A stretch of 49,657 nt of DNA from Gaiellales bacterium (lineage in GTDB: Bacteria > Actinomycetota > Thermoleophilia > Gaiellales > JAICJC01). The notes beneath the pieces were generated by a model. It was not told the DNA's origin. It did not search any database and worked only from the letters and a program-made list of their open reading frames with translations. Position 1 is the first letter of the stretch; the number at the start of each line of letters is the position of its first letter. Below are positions 17,182 to 25,490 of the stretch, piece after piece. The stretch covers positions 1 to 49,657 of the forward strand of contig JBQCGJ010000111.1 of NCBI GenBank assembly GCA_051955775.1. The letters run 5' to 3'. Position numbers and translations under genes: made by a program.

Positions 17182-19622
17182 GGCGTCGAGAAGAGCGTCG
17201 GCTGGGATGCAGGGTTGGAGGCGCCGTTGGCGGTGGTCGTCAGGGTCTGCACCGCCGGCGGTGAGACCGACGGTTCGACCAGCTCGAACCCGCCGGGACT
17301 GGTTGTACACGCCGAGCTGGGCGTGACGCCCGTCGGCACCAGACTGACGACCAGTTGACCGTCCGATCGCCAGGCGACGGTGCACGCCGGAGTGCTGGTC
17401 GGGAGCGAAACCGGGCTCCAGCTCGTGATCACGTCGCCGCTCGTCTTGCCCAGGTAGACCGCGCCGCCGACGACCGCCGCCGGCCCGAGCGGGCCCCACG
17501 CGACCGACCATACCGCGTTGCCCGCCTGAGGCTGCTGGACACCCGCCGTGACCGGGTGCCAGCTGGCCTGGTTGCCTGACGACGGGATGGTGCTCGTGTA
17601 CTCGACGAGCGTCCCACCGGAGATCGCGAGGATGGCCATCCCGTCCGGCGCCCAGGCAGGCCGGTCGATCATCCATGACGACATGAACACGCAGGACGGC
17701 GAACTGCTCGCTGTGGTCAGGGAGACATCGACGAAGCACAGCTCGCCGGTGGAGCCGGTGGCGTAGGACGCGTAGGCGATGACGGAGCTCTTCGGATCGG
17801 GAGCGAAGGCCGGGCGGTGCACCTGACTGGCGCCGGCGATCTGCGTCGGCGAATTGCGGGAGGACAGGCCGACCCAGTAGAGGTTGGTGTCCGGACTGGG
17901 CCCCGCGATGAAGGCGACCTTCCGCCCGTCCCCGCTCCATGCAGGCTCAGTCGCCTGGGCGACCCCTGGCGCAAGAGGCTTCGGCGTGCCGCCGAGCGCA
18001 GGCTGCGTGGAAAGCACACCGCCGGAGTCGTACGCCAGCAGCGGATTCCCGGCAGAGACCTGAAGCTCGACGACCTGGCCCTTGGGAACCGTGCCGGACG
18101 GCTGGATCTTGATGACCGTGTTCGGTTTCTTGTGGCTGAGAACAAGCGTTTCGTGGTACGGGATGCCCGCACTCGTCAGCGCGGCGATCGCCGCCGCGGC
18201 CGACGCCCCCGCTGCCGCCGCCGCCGGCACCTTCGCGCTTCCGCCGCTCCCGCCGCCGCCGCTGACCGTGGTCTTTCCAGCCAGGAAGGCGACGATGGTC
18301 GTGCCCTTCGGAACCTGCGTCCCGGGCGCCTGCTGCTGGCACTTGGTTGCACGGATCTTGTCCGTCGTGCTCGTTGCGGGCGGGTTGGTGGACAGCGTCA
18401 GCGTCGTGGGCAGCGCCTTGTTCGCCGCTGCGATGGTGTCGTTGCAGAGACTCGGGACGGCCACGGTGTTCGGGCTCGTGCGCACGTACAGCGTGACCTG
18501 GCTGCCGCTCTTGACCGAGGCGTTTCCCGCGGGATCGGTGCGGCGCACAGTGCCCGGCTGGCCGTGGCGAGACGGCTTGAGGTTGACGAGCGCGACCTTG
18601 AACCCCTTCTGCTGGAGCTGAGCCTGGGCGAGCTTCGCCTGCTCCCCGGCAACCGGCGGCACCGTCACGTAGCGCGGCCACAGCTTGTACCCGACGATGC
18701 CGAGCGCGATGGCGATCACGGCTGCCGCCGGCACCCAGGTCGGGATCCGCGGCCGCTGCCGGAAGGTGCCCTCCACCACCACCTCGCCGGTATCCGATCC
18801 GACGGGGGTGCCCACCAGCTCGAACCGGTGGTCGACAGGCTTGCCGAACCACGGCCGCTTGACGGCCCGCACGCGCACCACCGTCGTCGACTCCCGGCCC
18901 GGGCGGACGCCGGTGCGCTGCCGCTCGAACTTGAACCGGCACTGCTGGTTCTCGTCAGAGCCCTCCCATTCCACCTCCACGGGGGCGTTCCCGGTGTTCG
19001 TGGCGGCCGCGGCGAAGCGCGCGGAGCGCCGCCCCGAGGCCGTCTTCGGCCGCAGCTCGCCGGTCAGCTCGGAATACGGCGGCACGGTCAGCGTCAGCCG
19101 GGCGGAGGCGATGTCCTGCCCGCTGCTCTGGGAGCGGGCGACCACCGTCACCTCCCAGCTGCGCGACTCGCGTCCGTCCCGAGTGGGGTGGAACCGCACC
19201 TGCACGTCCTTCTCCCACCCCCCGACCGGAGCGCCGAACTGGAGCAGGTCGATCGCCTCCGGCGCCACCGTCGCCCAGCCCTCGGGCAGGCCCTGGACGC
19301 GCAGGTCATACCGGTCGACCTTGCCGCTCTGGTTGCGGATCGAGCAGATCAGCATGGCTTCGCCGCCCGGCTCGACCGTCACCTCCGGGTCGCCGGCGCC
19401 GACCTCCTCGTCATCCGGCTCGCGCAGCGTCATCAGCACCGGATCCGGCCGCCGCGTGGGCGGGGCGGGCATGACCCTCGTTCGCGTGCTTTCGTCCGCC
19501 GCCTGGCCCCGGCGAACGGCAGGCACTTCCCGTGTCGGATCCCACCGCAGGTACTCGTGGCAGTTCTCGCACGAGTCCCGGTCCTCCGGGTTCTGGTGCC
19601 CGCAGAACGGGCAGATCTTCAT
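17178..19622 (-). CDS. Zinc-ribbon / cytoplasmic Ig-like region / single TM / 3x PASTA / PD40 (TolB-like) beta-propeller membrane protein
   Basis: - Zinc ribbon: MKICPFCGHQNPEDRDSCENCHEYL.
- About 300 aa of cytoplasmic beta-rich region.
- TM helix: IPTWVPAAAVIAIALGIVGYKLW.
- Three PASTA-like units: VTVPPVAGEQAKLAQAQLQQKGFKV...VTLYV; VAVPSLCNDTIAAANKAL...; AAIAALTSAGIPYHETLV...VELQVS.
- WSPDG-type PD40 repeats: EPAWSGDGRKVAF, RPAWAPDGMAILAI, TVAWRSDGQLVV.
- The ATG overlaps the gpI-like stop (ATGA at 19619-19622). Confidence 0.8.
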   Translation of the reverse strand: MKICPFCGHQNPEDRDSCENCHEYLRWDPTREVPAVRRGQAADESTRTRVMPAPPTRRPDPVLMTLREPDDEEVGAGDPEVTVEPGGEAMLICSIRNQSGKVDRYDLRVQGLPEGWATVAPEAIDLLQFGAPVGGWEKDVQVRFHPTRDGRESRSWEVTVVARSQSSGQDIASARLTLTVPPYSELTGELRPKTASGRRSARFAAAATNTGNAPVEVEWEGSDENQQCRFKFERQRTGVRPGRESTTVVRVRAVKRPWFGKPVDHRFELVGTPVGSDTGEVVVEGTFRQRPRIPTWVPAAAVIAIALGIVGYKLWPRYVTVPPVAGEQAKLAQAQLQQKGFKVALVNLKPSRHGQPGTVRRTDPAGNASVKSGSQVTLYVRTSPNTVAVPSLCNDTIAAANKALPTTLTLSTNPPATSTTDKIRATKCQQQAPGTQVPKGTTIVAFLAGKTTVSGGGGSGGSAKVPAAAAAGASAAAAIAALTSAGIPYHETLVLSHKKPNTVIKIQPSGTVPKGQVVELQVSAGNPLLAYDSGGVLSTQPALGGTPKPLAPGVAQATEPAWSGDGRKVAFIAGPSPDTNLYWVGLSSRNSPTQIAGASQVHRPAFAPDPKSSVIAYASYATGSTGELCFVDVSLTTASSSPSCVFMSSWMIDRPAWAPDGMAILAISGGTLVEYTSTIPSSGNQASWHPVTAGVQQPQAGNAVWSVAWGPLGPAAVVGGAVYLGKTSGDVITSWSPVSLPTSTPACTVAWRSDGQLVVSLVPTGVTPSSACTTSPGGFELVEPSVSPPAVQTLTTTANGASNPASQPTLFSTP

Positions 19623-20287
19623 GTCGGGTCCTCGGCGGGCGCCGGCGGCTGCTTCACGCGCAGCTTGTAGGGCACACCCACCGGCTTCAGGCGATCGATG
19701 GTGTGCGCGACCTTCGCCTGTTCGGCCGTCGGCAGCGGGGCATCGCAGTAGACGATGAACTCACGCTTTGCCTTGCCGCGGCCCGCCGGGTCGCCGGCCC
19801 ACACCACGGCGCCGTTGTCGACCACACGCAGCGGCAGCTCGGGGTAAATCAACCGCAGCGCCAGCTCCATCCCCGCCCGCGTGCCCCGCCTGCGTGCCAG
19901 CTCCGGCGCGTTCCTGACCAGCTGCCGGCGGCGTTCGACCGGCCACGACTCGTCGACCTCCAGGCCGAGCCAGCGGGCTATCAGGCCCACCATTGCTGAC
20001 GGCGCCATCTCCGGCACGAGATGTGACGGCAGGCAGTCGAGCACCGCGACGACGGGGTCGAGCACCTCCTCCAGTCCACCCACCAGGGCCAGCCCGAACG
20101 CCGGGCCGCGTCCGCGCGCCGGCTGCACCCGGTCGGGGTCGGTGTACATCGAGGGCAGCCCTGCCCGCAGGTACCCGCGCGCGCTGGCGGTGGGCGGGCT
20201 CCAGCGCAGCTCGGGCTCGGGCGGCGCCTCCGGCGCGGCAGCCGCGATGGCCGCCACGGTCAGCACGGACGTCTGCGGCTCGTCCAC
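19619..20287 (-). CDS. Phage tail protein I-like baseplate wedge protein (Afp12 / gpI equivalent)
   Basis: LPSMYTDPD...LVGGLEEVLDPVVAVLDCLPSHLVPEMAPSAMVGLIARWLGLEVDESWPVERRRQLVRNAPELARRRGTRAGMELALRLIY matches the P2 gpI-family pattern. It sits directly after the gpJ-like gene. Confidence 0.8.
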   Translation of the reverse strand: MDEPQTSVLTVAAIAAAAPEAPPEPELRWSPPTASARGYLRAGLPSMYTDPDRVQPARGRGPAFGLALVGGLEEVLDPVVAVLDCLPSHLVPEMAPSAMVGLIARWLGLEVDESWPVERRRQLVRNAPELARRRGTRAGMELALRLIYPELPLRVVDNGAVVWAGDPAGRGKAKREFIVYCDAPLPTAEQAKVAHTIDRLKPVGVPYKLRVKQPPAPAEDPT

Positions 20288-20290
20288 AGC

Positions 20291-22288
20291 TCACTCGCCC
20301 CGCGACTCGACCCGCACGCGGTGCCTGCCGGACACGATCACCTCGTCGGGCGCCAGCTCCAGCAGCGCCTCGCGGGAGATCGGCTTCGGCTGCTCCAGCC
20401 CGGTCTCGAAGTCGGTCTCGTAGACGCGCAGGATGGTCACGAACTCCACTCCGGCGACCGCCCGCACGACGCCGTACAACTCGCCCTGATTGAGCGCGCG
20501 GCCGAACTCCCAGCCGCTGCCCCGGCCCGTCGGAGAGCCCCCGACCAGCGGGTTGAGGAAGCGATACAGGGCGGCTTCCACACGCTCGCTGAGACGCGCC
20601 GCGTCGGTGTCCGGGAGGGACTGCAGCGCCACCACCACGGTCACTGCCCGCAGGCCGACCGAGCCCAGCTCGACGGTGGTGCCGATCATCCGGCGCTCGT
20701 CGAGATACGTTTGCACATGCTGGCGGACATCGAGCGGAAGCCGCAGCTCGTGCGGTTCGATGTAGCGGTCTGCGTTCTCGATCTTGGGCAGCAGGCGGAC
20801 CGGGATGACCCCGTCCGCCGCGGGCTCCAGACACGCCGCGCGGGCGACCTTCTGCGACGCCTGGGTGCACAGGAACTCGTAGTCGGCGGCCGTCACCGCC
20901 CGGTGGCGGGTGCGCAGGTCGAACCCTGCCCGCTCGCGCGCGCTGTCCAGCGACTCGGGGTCGACGCCGCCCACCGCCGCCTCGGGATTGGTCACCGCCT
21001 CGATGCCGGGGATCGCGGACTTGAGTGTGCGCAGGGTGTCGGCGGCCACGTTGCCGCCCCGGCCACCGCCGTGCCGGTAGCGAGTGAAGCGCAGCGCCGC
21101 GCCGGGGCCCGGGACCGCCCCGAACTCACGCCAGTTCCCGTCCGGAAGCCGGATCGCGGGCCCGAACGAGATCTCGCCGGCCACTGCGTCCAGCCTGTAG
21201 TGGCGATCGTCAGGGGCGGACTCGACAAAGGACGGGCAGGGTGTCCAGTCGACCCATTCCGCCGCCTCGCGCTCGAGCACCTGCAGCCGCTCGCCGGGCT
21301 CCGGCGCCACCACCGGCGATCGCCGCAGACGGAACGTCTGCCCGCGCGATCCGTCGCTCTCGCCCAGCACCTCGGCGGTGACCAGCTCGGCGTTCATCGC
21401 AGGCAGCCGGGCGCCCACCGCGGCCACCTCGATGCCGTCGATCTCGGGTGGCTGCGAGTACGAGCCCTCGGCGCCCGACCGGGTGTGGGAGTCGAGCCGG
21501 CAGCGCAGCCAGTGCATTCGCGTTCCGCCCACCGACCCGGCGGCCGCGTTCGGCGGCAGCTCCAGCTCGATGGTGCCGGTGCCGTAGTTGAACCCGCCCG
21601 TGCGGTCGGCCAGCACGCTGACCTCCGCCCACTCGTCGTTCGTGGCCGACACCTCCCAGCGCAGCGGCGGGTCCTCCGGATCGACCCCGGCGCCGCGGGC
21701 CCGCGACCCCTCCACATACACCCGCACCAGCAGGCTGGCCAGTGGATCGTCGAACCCCAGGTACAGCGCGTCGCCCGCGGCCGGCGGCGAGCCGAAGGCC
21801 AGCCGGTCCTGGCCGACGGGGCGGGCCTGCCCGGCGGCCGCTCCGATGTCCTTCAGCTTCCCGGCGCGCTGCAGCTGGTAGCTGGCGAGGCGCAGCGCCG
21901 GGATGGTGAAGTCCGCCTGGGTCGAGAACACGATCGATTCCTCGCTGGGAGTCCGCCGTGTGCCCGCCTGCGCCTCGTGGGCGGGGATGCGGATCGGCTG
22001 GGCGGCGGGCGCGCCGAGCCGGAACCGCAGGTCGGTGGTGGCCGCGGTGGGCGGTCCCAGCTCGATCCCCAGCAGCTCCAGCAGCGCCACGTGGACCTTG
22101 TCGGGCACCCGGTTCAGGCGGTAGATCAGCATGTCTGTCATCCACGCGAACGCCTCCACCAGGGTGATCCCCGGGTCGGACACGTTGTGCTCCGTCCACT
22201 CGGGGCAGCGGGCGCCGATGCGCAGCCGGGCCTCGCTCACCAACTGCTGGAAGTCGCGGTCGTCCAGCACGATCTGCGGCAGCGTCAC
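20291..22288 (-). CDS. Baseplate J-like protein (Afp11 / gpJ / gp6 equivalent)
   Basis: N-terminus MTLPQIVLDDRDFQQLVSEARLRIGARCPEWTEHNVSDPGITLVEAFAWMTDMLIYRLNRVPDK is the hallmark of eCIS 'putative baseplate assembly protein'. 665 aa. The GTG start overlaps the gp25 stop (GTGA at 22285-22288). Confidence 0.9.
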   Translation of the reverse strand: MTLPQIVLDDRDFQQLVSEARLRIGARCPEWTEHNVSDPGITLVEAFAWMTDMLIYRLNRVPDKVHVALLELLGIELGPPTAATTDLRFRLGAPAAQPIRIPAHEAQAGTRRTPSEESIVFSTQADFTIPALRLASYQLQRAGKLKDIGAAAGQARPVGQDRLAFGSPPAAGDALYLGFDDPLASLLVRVYVEGSRARGAGVDPEDPPLRWEVSATNDEWAEVSVLADRTGGFNYGTGTIELELPPNAAAGSVGGTRMHWLRCRLDSHTRSGAEGSYSQPPEIDGIEVAAVGARLPAMNAELVTAEVLGESDGSRGQTFRLRRSPVVAPEPGERLQVLEREAAEWVDWTPCPSFVESAPDDRHYRLDAVAGEISFGPAIRLPDGNWREFGAVPGPGAALRFTRYRHGGGRGGNVAADTLRTLKSAIPGIEAVTNPEAAVGGVDPESLDSARERAGFDLRTRHRAVTAADYEFLCTQASQKVARAACLEPAADGVIPVRLLPKIENADRYIEPHELRLPLDVRQHVQTYLDERRMIGTTVELGSVGLRAVTVVVALQSLPDTDAARLSERVEAALYRFLNPLVGGSPTGRGSGWEFGRALNQGELYGVVRAVAGVEFVTILRVYETDFETGLEQPKPISREALLELAPDEVIVSGRHRVRVESRGE

Positions 22289-22689
22289 GCCAGCTCCTCC
22301 TCCGGGATCATGTAGAACGGAAACACGAGGTTCCGGGCGTCGTTGGTCGCTCGCAGCACGTAGCCGATATCGATCAGAAGACGCATTCCGGAGTCGCTGT
22401 CTTCATCGACCTCGAATTGGATGCCGGTGACGTCGATACGGGGCTCCCAGCGTTCCAGCGCGACCCTGATCTCGTGCTCGATCTGACCCACGGTGTAGCC
22501 GTCTATACCGCCGAACAGATGGTCGTGGATCCCGCAGCCGAACTCCGGCCGCATCGGCCGCTCGCCGCGGGCGGTGCCCAGGATCAAGGCGATCGCCTCC
22601 TGGACGTCCTCGTCGTCTCGCACCAGCTCGATCACGCCGCGGCGGTCGAGCCGAAGCGGGAATCCCAGGCCTGATCCGATGTGCTCCAC
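22285..22689 (-). CDS. GPW/gp25-family baseplate wedge protein (Afp9 equivalent)
   Basis: GSGLGFPLRLDRRG...EDVQEAIALILGTARGERPMRPEFGCGIHDHLF is the canonical gp25 / lysozyme-like motif. Confidence 0.9.
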   Translation of the reverse strand: MEHIGSGLGFPLRLDRRGVIELVRDDEDVQEAIALILGTARGERPMRPEFGCGIHDHLFGGIDGYTVGQIEHEIRVALERWEPRIDVTGIQFEVDEDSDSGMRLLIDIGYVLRATNDARNLVFPFYMIPEEELA

Positions 22690-22696
22690 GATCCTC

Positions 22697-24319
22697 CTAG
22701 CCGAGCGAGATCGACGATCCCTTGACCTGCACCTGGCCGCTGGCCTGGATGGTCAGGCTCTGCGCCTTGATGGTCAGGTCGCCGCTTGCCTCCAGCGTCA
22801 TCGAGCTGTTTGCCTTGACGCTCACCTGCTGTCCCTCGACGGACAGGTCGTCCTTCGCCTTGTGGCCGATCTTGCCGTCGGTCTCGACCGTCATGTCCTT
22901 TTCGCCCTTGACGGTGATCACGTCGCCGGCGCTCACCCACACCTGCTTGTCGTTTCGCATCGCCAGCGAGCCGTCGGTGTGCACCAGGTCGTCGCCGGGC
23001 TTGTCCTTGCCGTTCCACACCGATCCCAGCACGTAGGGCCGGCGCGGCTCGCCGTGCTCGAAGCCGACCACCACCTCGTCGCCCGGCTGCGGCAGCACCA
23101 GCATGCCGCGGTTCGAGCCCGCCGCCGGCATGGCCACCGGCGCCCACCAGCTCTCCGTGCCGTCGCCCAGCTCGGGGACGCTGACGCGCACCCGGCCGAG
23201 GCTGTCGGGATCGTCGTTCTGGCTGACGACGCCGATCACCAGCGACTTGCCCCACCCCCGCGGGGCAGCCGGCGTCATCAGGTCGACCAGGCTGCGCGGC
23301 GACCGGCCGCCGATGGTGAAGCGCGTCTCGTACCCCTGCCGTCCTCGGAACACGTGGGTGGTGGACGACAGCGTGTACGTCCCGCCGAACCGTGTGCCGA
23401 CCCCGTTCACCTGAACCGTCGCGCCGGCCACCAGGTTGGGATCGCCGCGGCAGGCTCCCTCGGCCTCGACGTAGGCGTTGGCAAGCCGCGCGGCCAGGCT
23501 CGAAGCCAGCCCGTCCGCCTCGCCGGACGTCATCACGGGCCGGTCCGCGACGGTCAGCGTGCCGCCGCCCGCCGCCGACACCACGTCATCGCGCTGCACG
23601 CCGATCTGCACGCCCAGCTTGTCGGCCTTCGCGCGGGACTCGATGACGTCCTTGCTGCCGGGATCCCAGCCGCGCACGACCACCTCGTTCACCTGCTGGA
23701 CGCCGGTCACCCGAGGCCGGAACCCGAGCAGGTTGTCGCCCCACTGCAGGGCGATCGGCGACCCGCCTGATGCCCCGGCGTGACGGAAGTGCAGCGTGCG
23801 GTCGCTGACCACCACCTCGAAGTCGATCCGCTGGGCCAGCCGCCACAGGAACTGCCAGTCGGTCTCGTTGCTCTGCTGCACGAAGTCGTACACCTCGCCG
23901 GAGCTGTCGATGGTTCCGGCCTGCAGCCCCGACCGCGCGACCACCTTGCGGGCGATGTCGTCGGCGGTCATGTTCTGATAGGTCTGGGTCAGGTGGGTGC
24001 GGTTGAGCGCGTGCGACTGGTCGTAGCCGCGGGCGGCGATGATCACGCCGTGCGTCCCGAACTCTGGCTCGACAGCGGCGATCTGCCCCTTCAGGACGCT
24101 GACCAGCGACGGGCTCGCGGGGTCGCCCAGGAGCACCTCGACGTCGGCGCCGAGGGGCAGCGGATCGTTGTCGATGGTGGCCATGGAGGGATCGCCGAGG
24201 CGGATGCAGAACGCGTCCGGCAGGAACAGGTTGTCCTCCACCCGCACGTCGACCAGGTTGGCCATCATGTCGCTGGACAGCGCCGTGCCGTTGATGCGGA
24301 TCTCGGCCCCGGCGTTCAT
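22697..24319 (-). CDS. VgrG-like spike (phage late-control gpD + gp5 OB-fold/beta-helix; Afp8 equivalent)
   Basis: gpD-like N-terminal half (TQTYQNMTADDIARKVVARSGL...ETDWQFLWRLAQRIDFEVVV), an OB-fold (GVVSQNDDPDSLGRVRVSVPELGDGTESWWAPVAMPAAGSNRGMLVLPQPGDEVVVGFEHGEPRRPYVLGSVWNG) and a C-terminal beta-helix repeat. I trimmed the start to the ATG at 24317-24319, which overlaps the upstream stop (ATGA). Confidence 0.9.
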   Translation of the reverse strand: MNAGAEIRINGTALSSDMMANLVDVRVEDNLFLPDAFCIRLGDPSMATIDNDPLPLGADVEVLLGDPASPSLVSVLKGQIAAVEPEFGTHGVIIAARGYDQSHALNRTHLTQTYQNMTADDIARKVVARSGLQAGTIDSSGEVYDFVQQSNETDWQFLWRLAQRIDFEVVVSDRTLHFRHAGASGGSPIALQWGDNLLGFRPRVTGVQQVNEVVVRGWDPGSKDVIESRAKADKLGVQIGVQRDDVVSAAGGGTLTVADRPVMTSGEADGLASSLAARLANAYVEAEGACRGDPNLVAGATVQVNGVGTRFGGTYTLSSTTHVFRGRQGYETRFTIGGRSPRSLVDLMTPAAPRGWGKSLVIGVVSQNDDPDSLGRVRVSVPELGDGTESWWAPVAMPAAGSNRGMLVLPQPGDEVVVGFEHGEPRRPYVLGSVWNGKDKPGDDLVHTDGSLAMRNDKQVWVSAGDVITVKGEKDMTVETDGKIGHKAKDDLSVEGQQVSVKANSSMTLEASGDLTIKAQSLTIQASGQVQVKGSSISLG

Positions 24320-25017
24320 GCCGGCCCCCGGGGCAGCGACAGCACCGCGCCGCGCTCCACGCGCATCGGGTCGTCGATGCCGTTCGCCTCGGCCACCAGC
24401 CGCCAGCAGGCAGGGTCTCCGTAGGCGTCGTAGGCGATGGACTGCAGGCTGTCCCCGTCGCGCACGGTCGCGCTGCGCACGCCCGCCGTCCCCGCCGTGG
24501 TCGGGTTCTGGCGGCGAGTTTGCGCGCCCACCTGCATCAGCTCGAGCTTGACATGCGCGCGGATTGGGCTGCCGTCGACGTCGAACAGCGTGAACTGGAG
24601 CGTCAACTGCTTGACCACGCCGGTGAACACCACGCCCTTCCAGCCGAACCGCACCGCCGGCGGCCGCCGCCGCGCCTGCTGGTTCTGATCTGACCCCGGC
24701 TGGTTGACCGTGGCGATCCCCATCAGCTGGTTGGCGATCCCCGACACATCCGGCTGGTTGGACTCGACGGCGTCGAACACCAGCTCCAGCGACAGGCTGG
24801 CCGGCGAGCCGCCGGTGAACTGCAGGGTGCCGTAGTCCTGCCCGTTGACCGGCTGGGCGTTCCAGTTGTTGCCCTTGGAGATGGTGTAGTCCTTGGGGTT
24901 GAACCAGCACTGGAGCGGGGGCTCCCACTCGAACTGGTCGATGTGCGCCCAGGACCGCGGGCGCGCGCCCGCCTCGATCTCCAGGTATGCGTGAGCGAAT
25001 CCGGTCGGCAGCGGCAC
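24316..25017 (-). CDS. Tube-like N-domain + LysM baseplate hub protein (Afp7 / gpX-like)
   Basis: N-terminal CIS tube-fold-like region (AHAYLEIE...FNPKDYTISKGNNW...LSLELVFD). C-terminal LysM (ATVRDGDSLQSIAYDAYGDPACWRLVAEANGIDDPMRVERGAVLSLP). Confidence 0.85.
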   Translation of the reverse strand: MPLPTGFAHAYLEIEAGARPRSWAHIDQFEWEPPLQCWFNPKDYTISKGNNWNAQPVNGQDYGTLQFTGGSPASLSLELVFDAVESNQPDVSGIANQLMGIATVNQPGSDQNQQARRRPPAVRFGWKGVVFTGVVKQLTLQFTLFDVDGSPIRAHVKLELMQVGAQTRRQNPTTAGTAGVRSATVRDGDSLQSIAYDAYGDPACWRLVAEANGIDDPMRVERGAVLSLPRGPA

Positions 25018-25018
25018 G

Positions 25019-25474
25019 TCAGCTCCCTGCGAACCCTTCGTGGGCGATCTCGAGTGTCTCCGAGGCGGCGTTGGAGGACGCGGCGTTCAGCGTCGGCCCC
25101 TGCCACTTGACGGGGAACGCGGCGTCGAACGACCACGACCGCACCGTCTGCCCGTCTGGCCCGTTGAGCGACACCGTCACCGTGCCGCGGCTGTCCGGCG
25201 CCTGCGAGGCGTTGAACCAGTCCAGCAGCGCGGTCTGGTGGGTCACACCGCGCTTCAGCACCAGGTTCGGGTAGGTCAGACGGCCCGGCAGCTTGCGCGT
25301 GAACGTGTTCAGGCCGCCCTCCTGGTAGGTCTCGACCTCCCGCTCCACCGAGATCCCGCTGCACTCCGAGAACAGGCCGATCGACCCCTGGATGCCGTCC
25401 GCCTGGACGAGGAAGGACAGCTCGCCGACGGGATCGGGCGACGCGCCGGCTATGGGATCACGGTCACTCGCCAT
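25019..25474 (-). CDS. Tail-tube-like protein (tube initiator, Afp5 equivalent)
   Basis: gp19/Afp1-like pattern: FLVQADGIQGSIGLFSECSGISVEREVETYQEGGLN...PNLVLKRGVT...FPVKWQGPTLNAASSNAASETLEIAHEG. The start is set at the ATG at 25472-25474, which is preceded by GGGGAGG. Confidence 0.85.
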   Translation of the reverse strand: MASDRDPIAGASPDPVGELSFLVQADGIQGSIGLFSECSGISVEREVETYQEGGLNTFTRKLPGRLTYPNLVLKRGVTHQTALLDWFNASQAPDSRGTVTVSLNGPDGQTVRSWSFDAAFPVKWQGPTLNAASSNAASETLEIAHEGFAGS

Positions 25475-25490
25475 CAGCTTTGCCTCCCCT

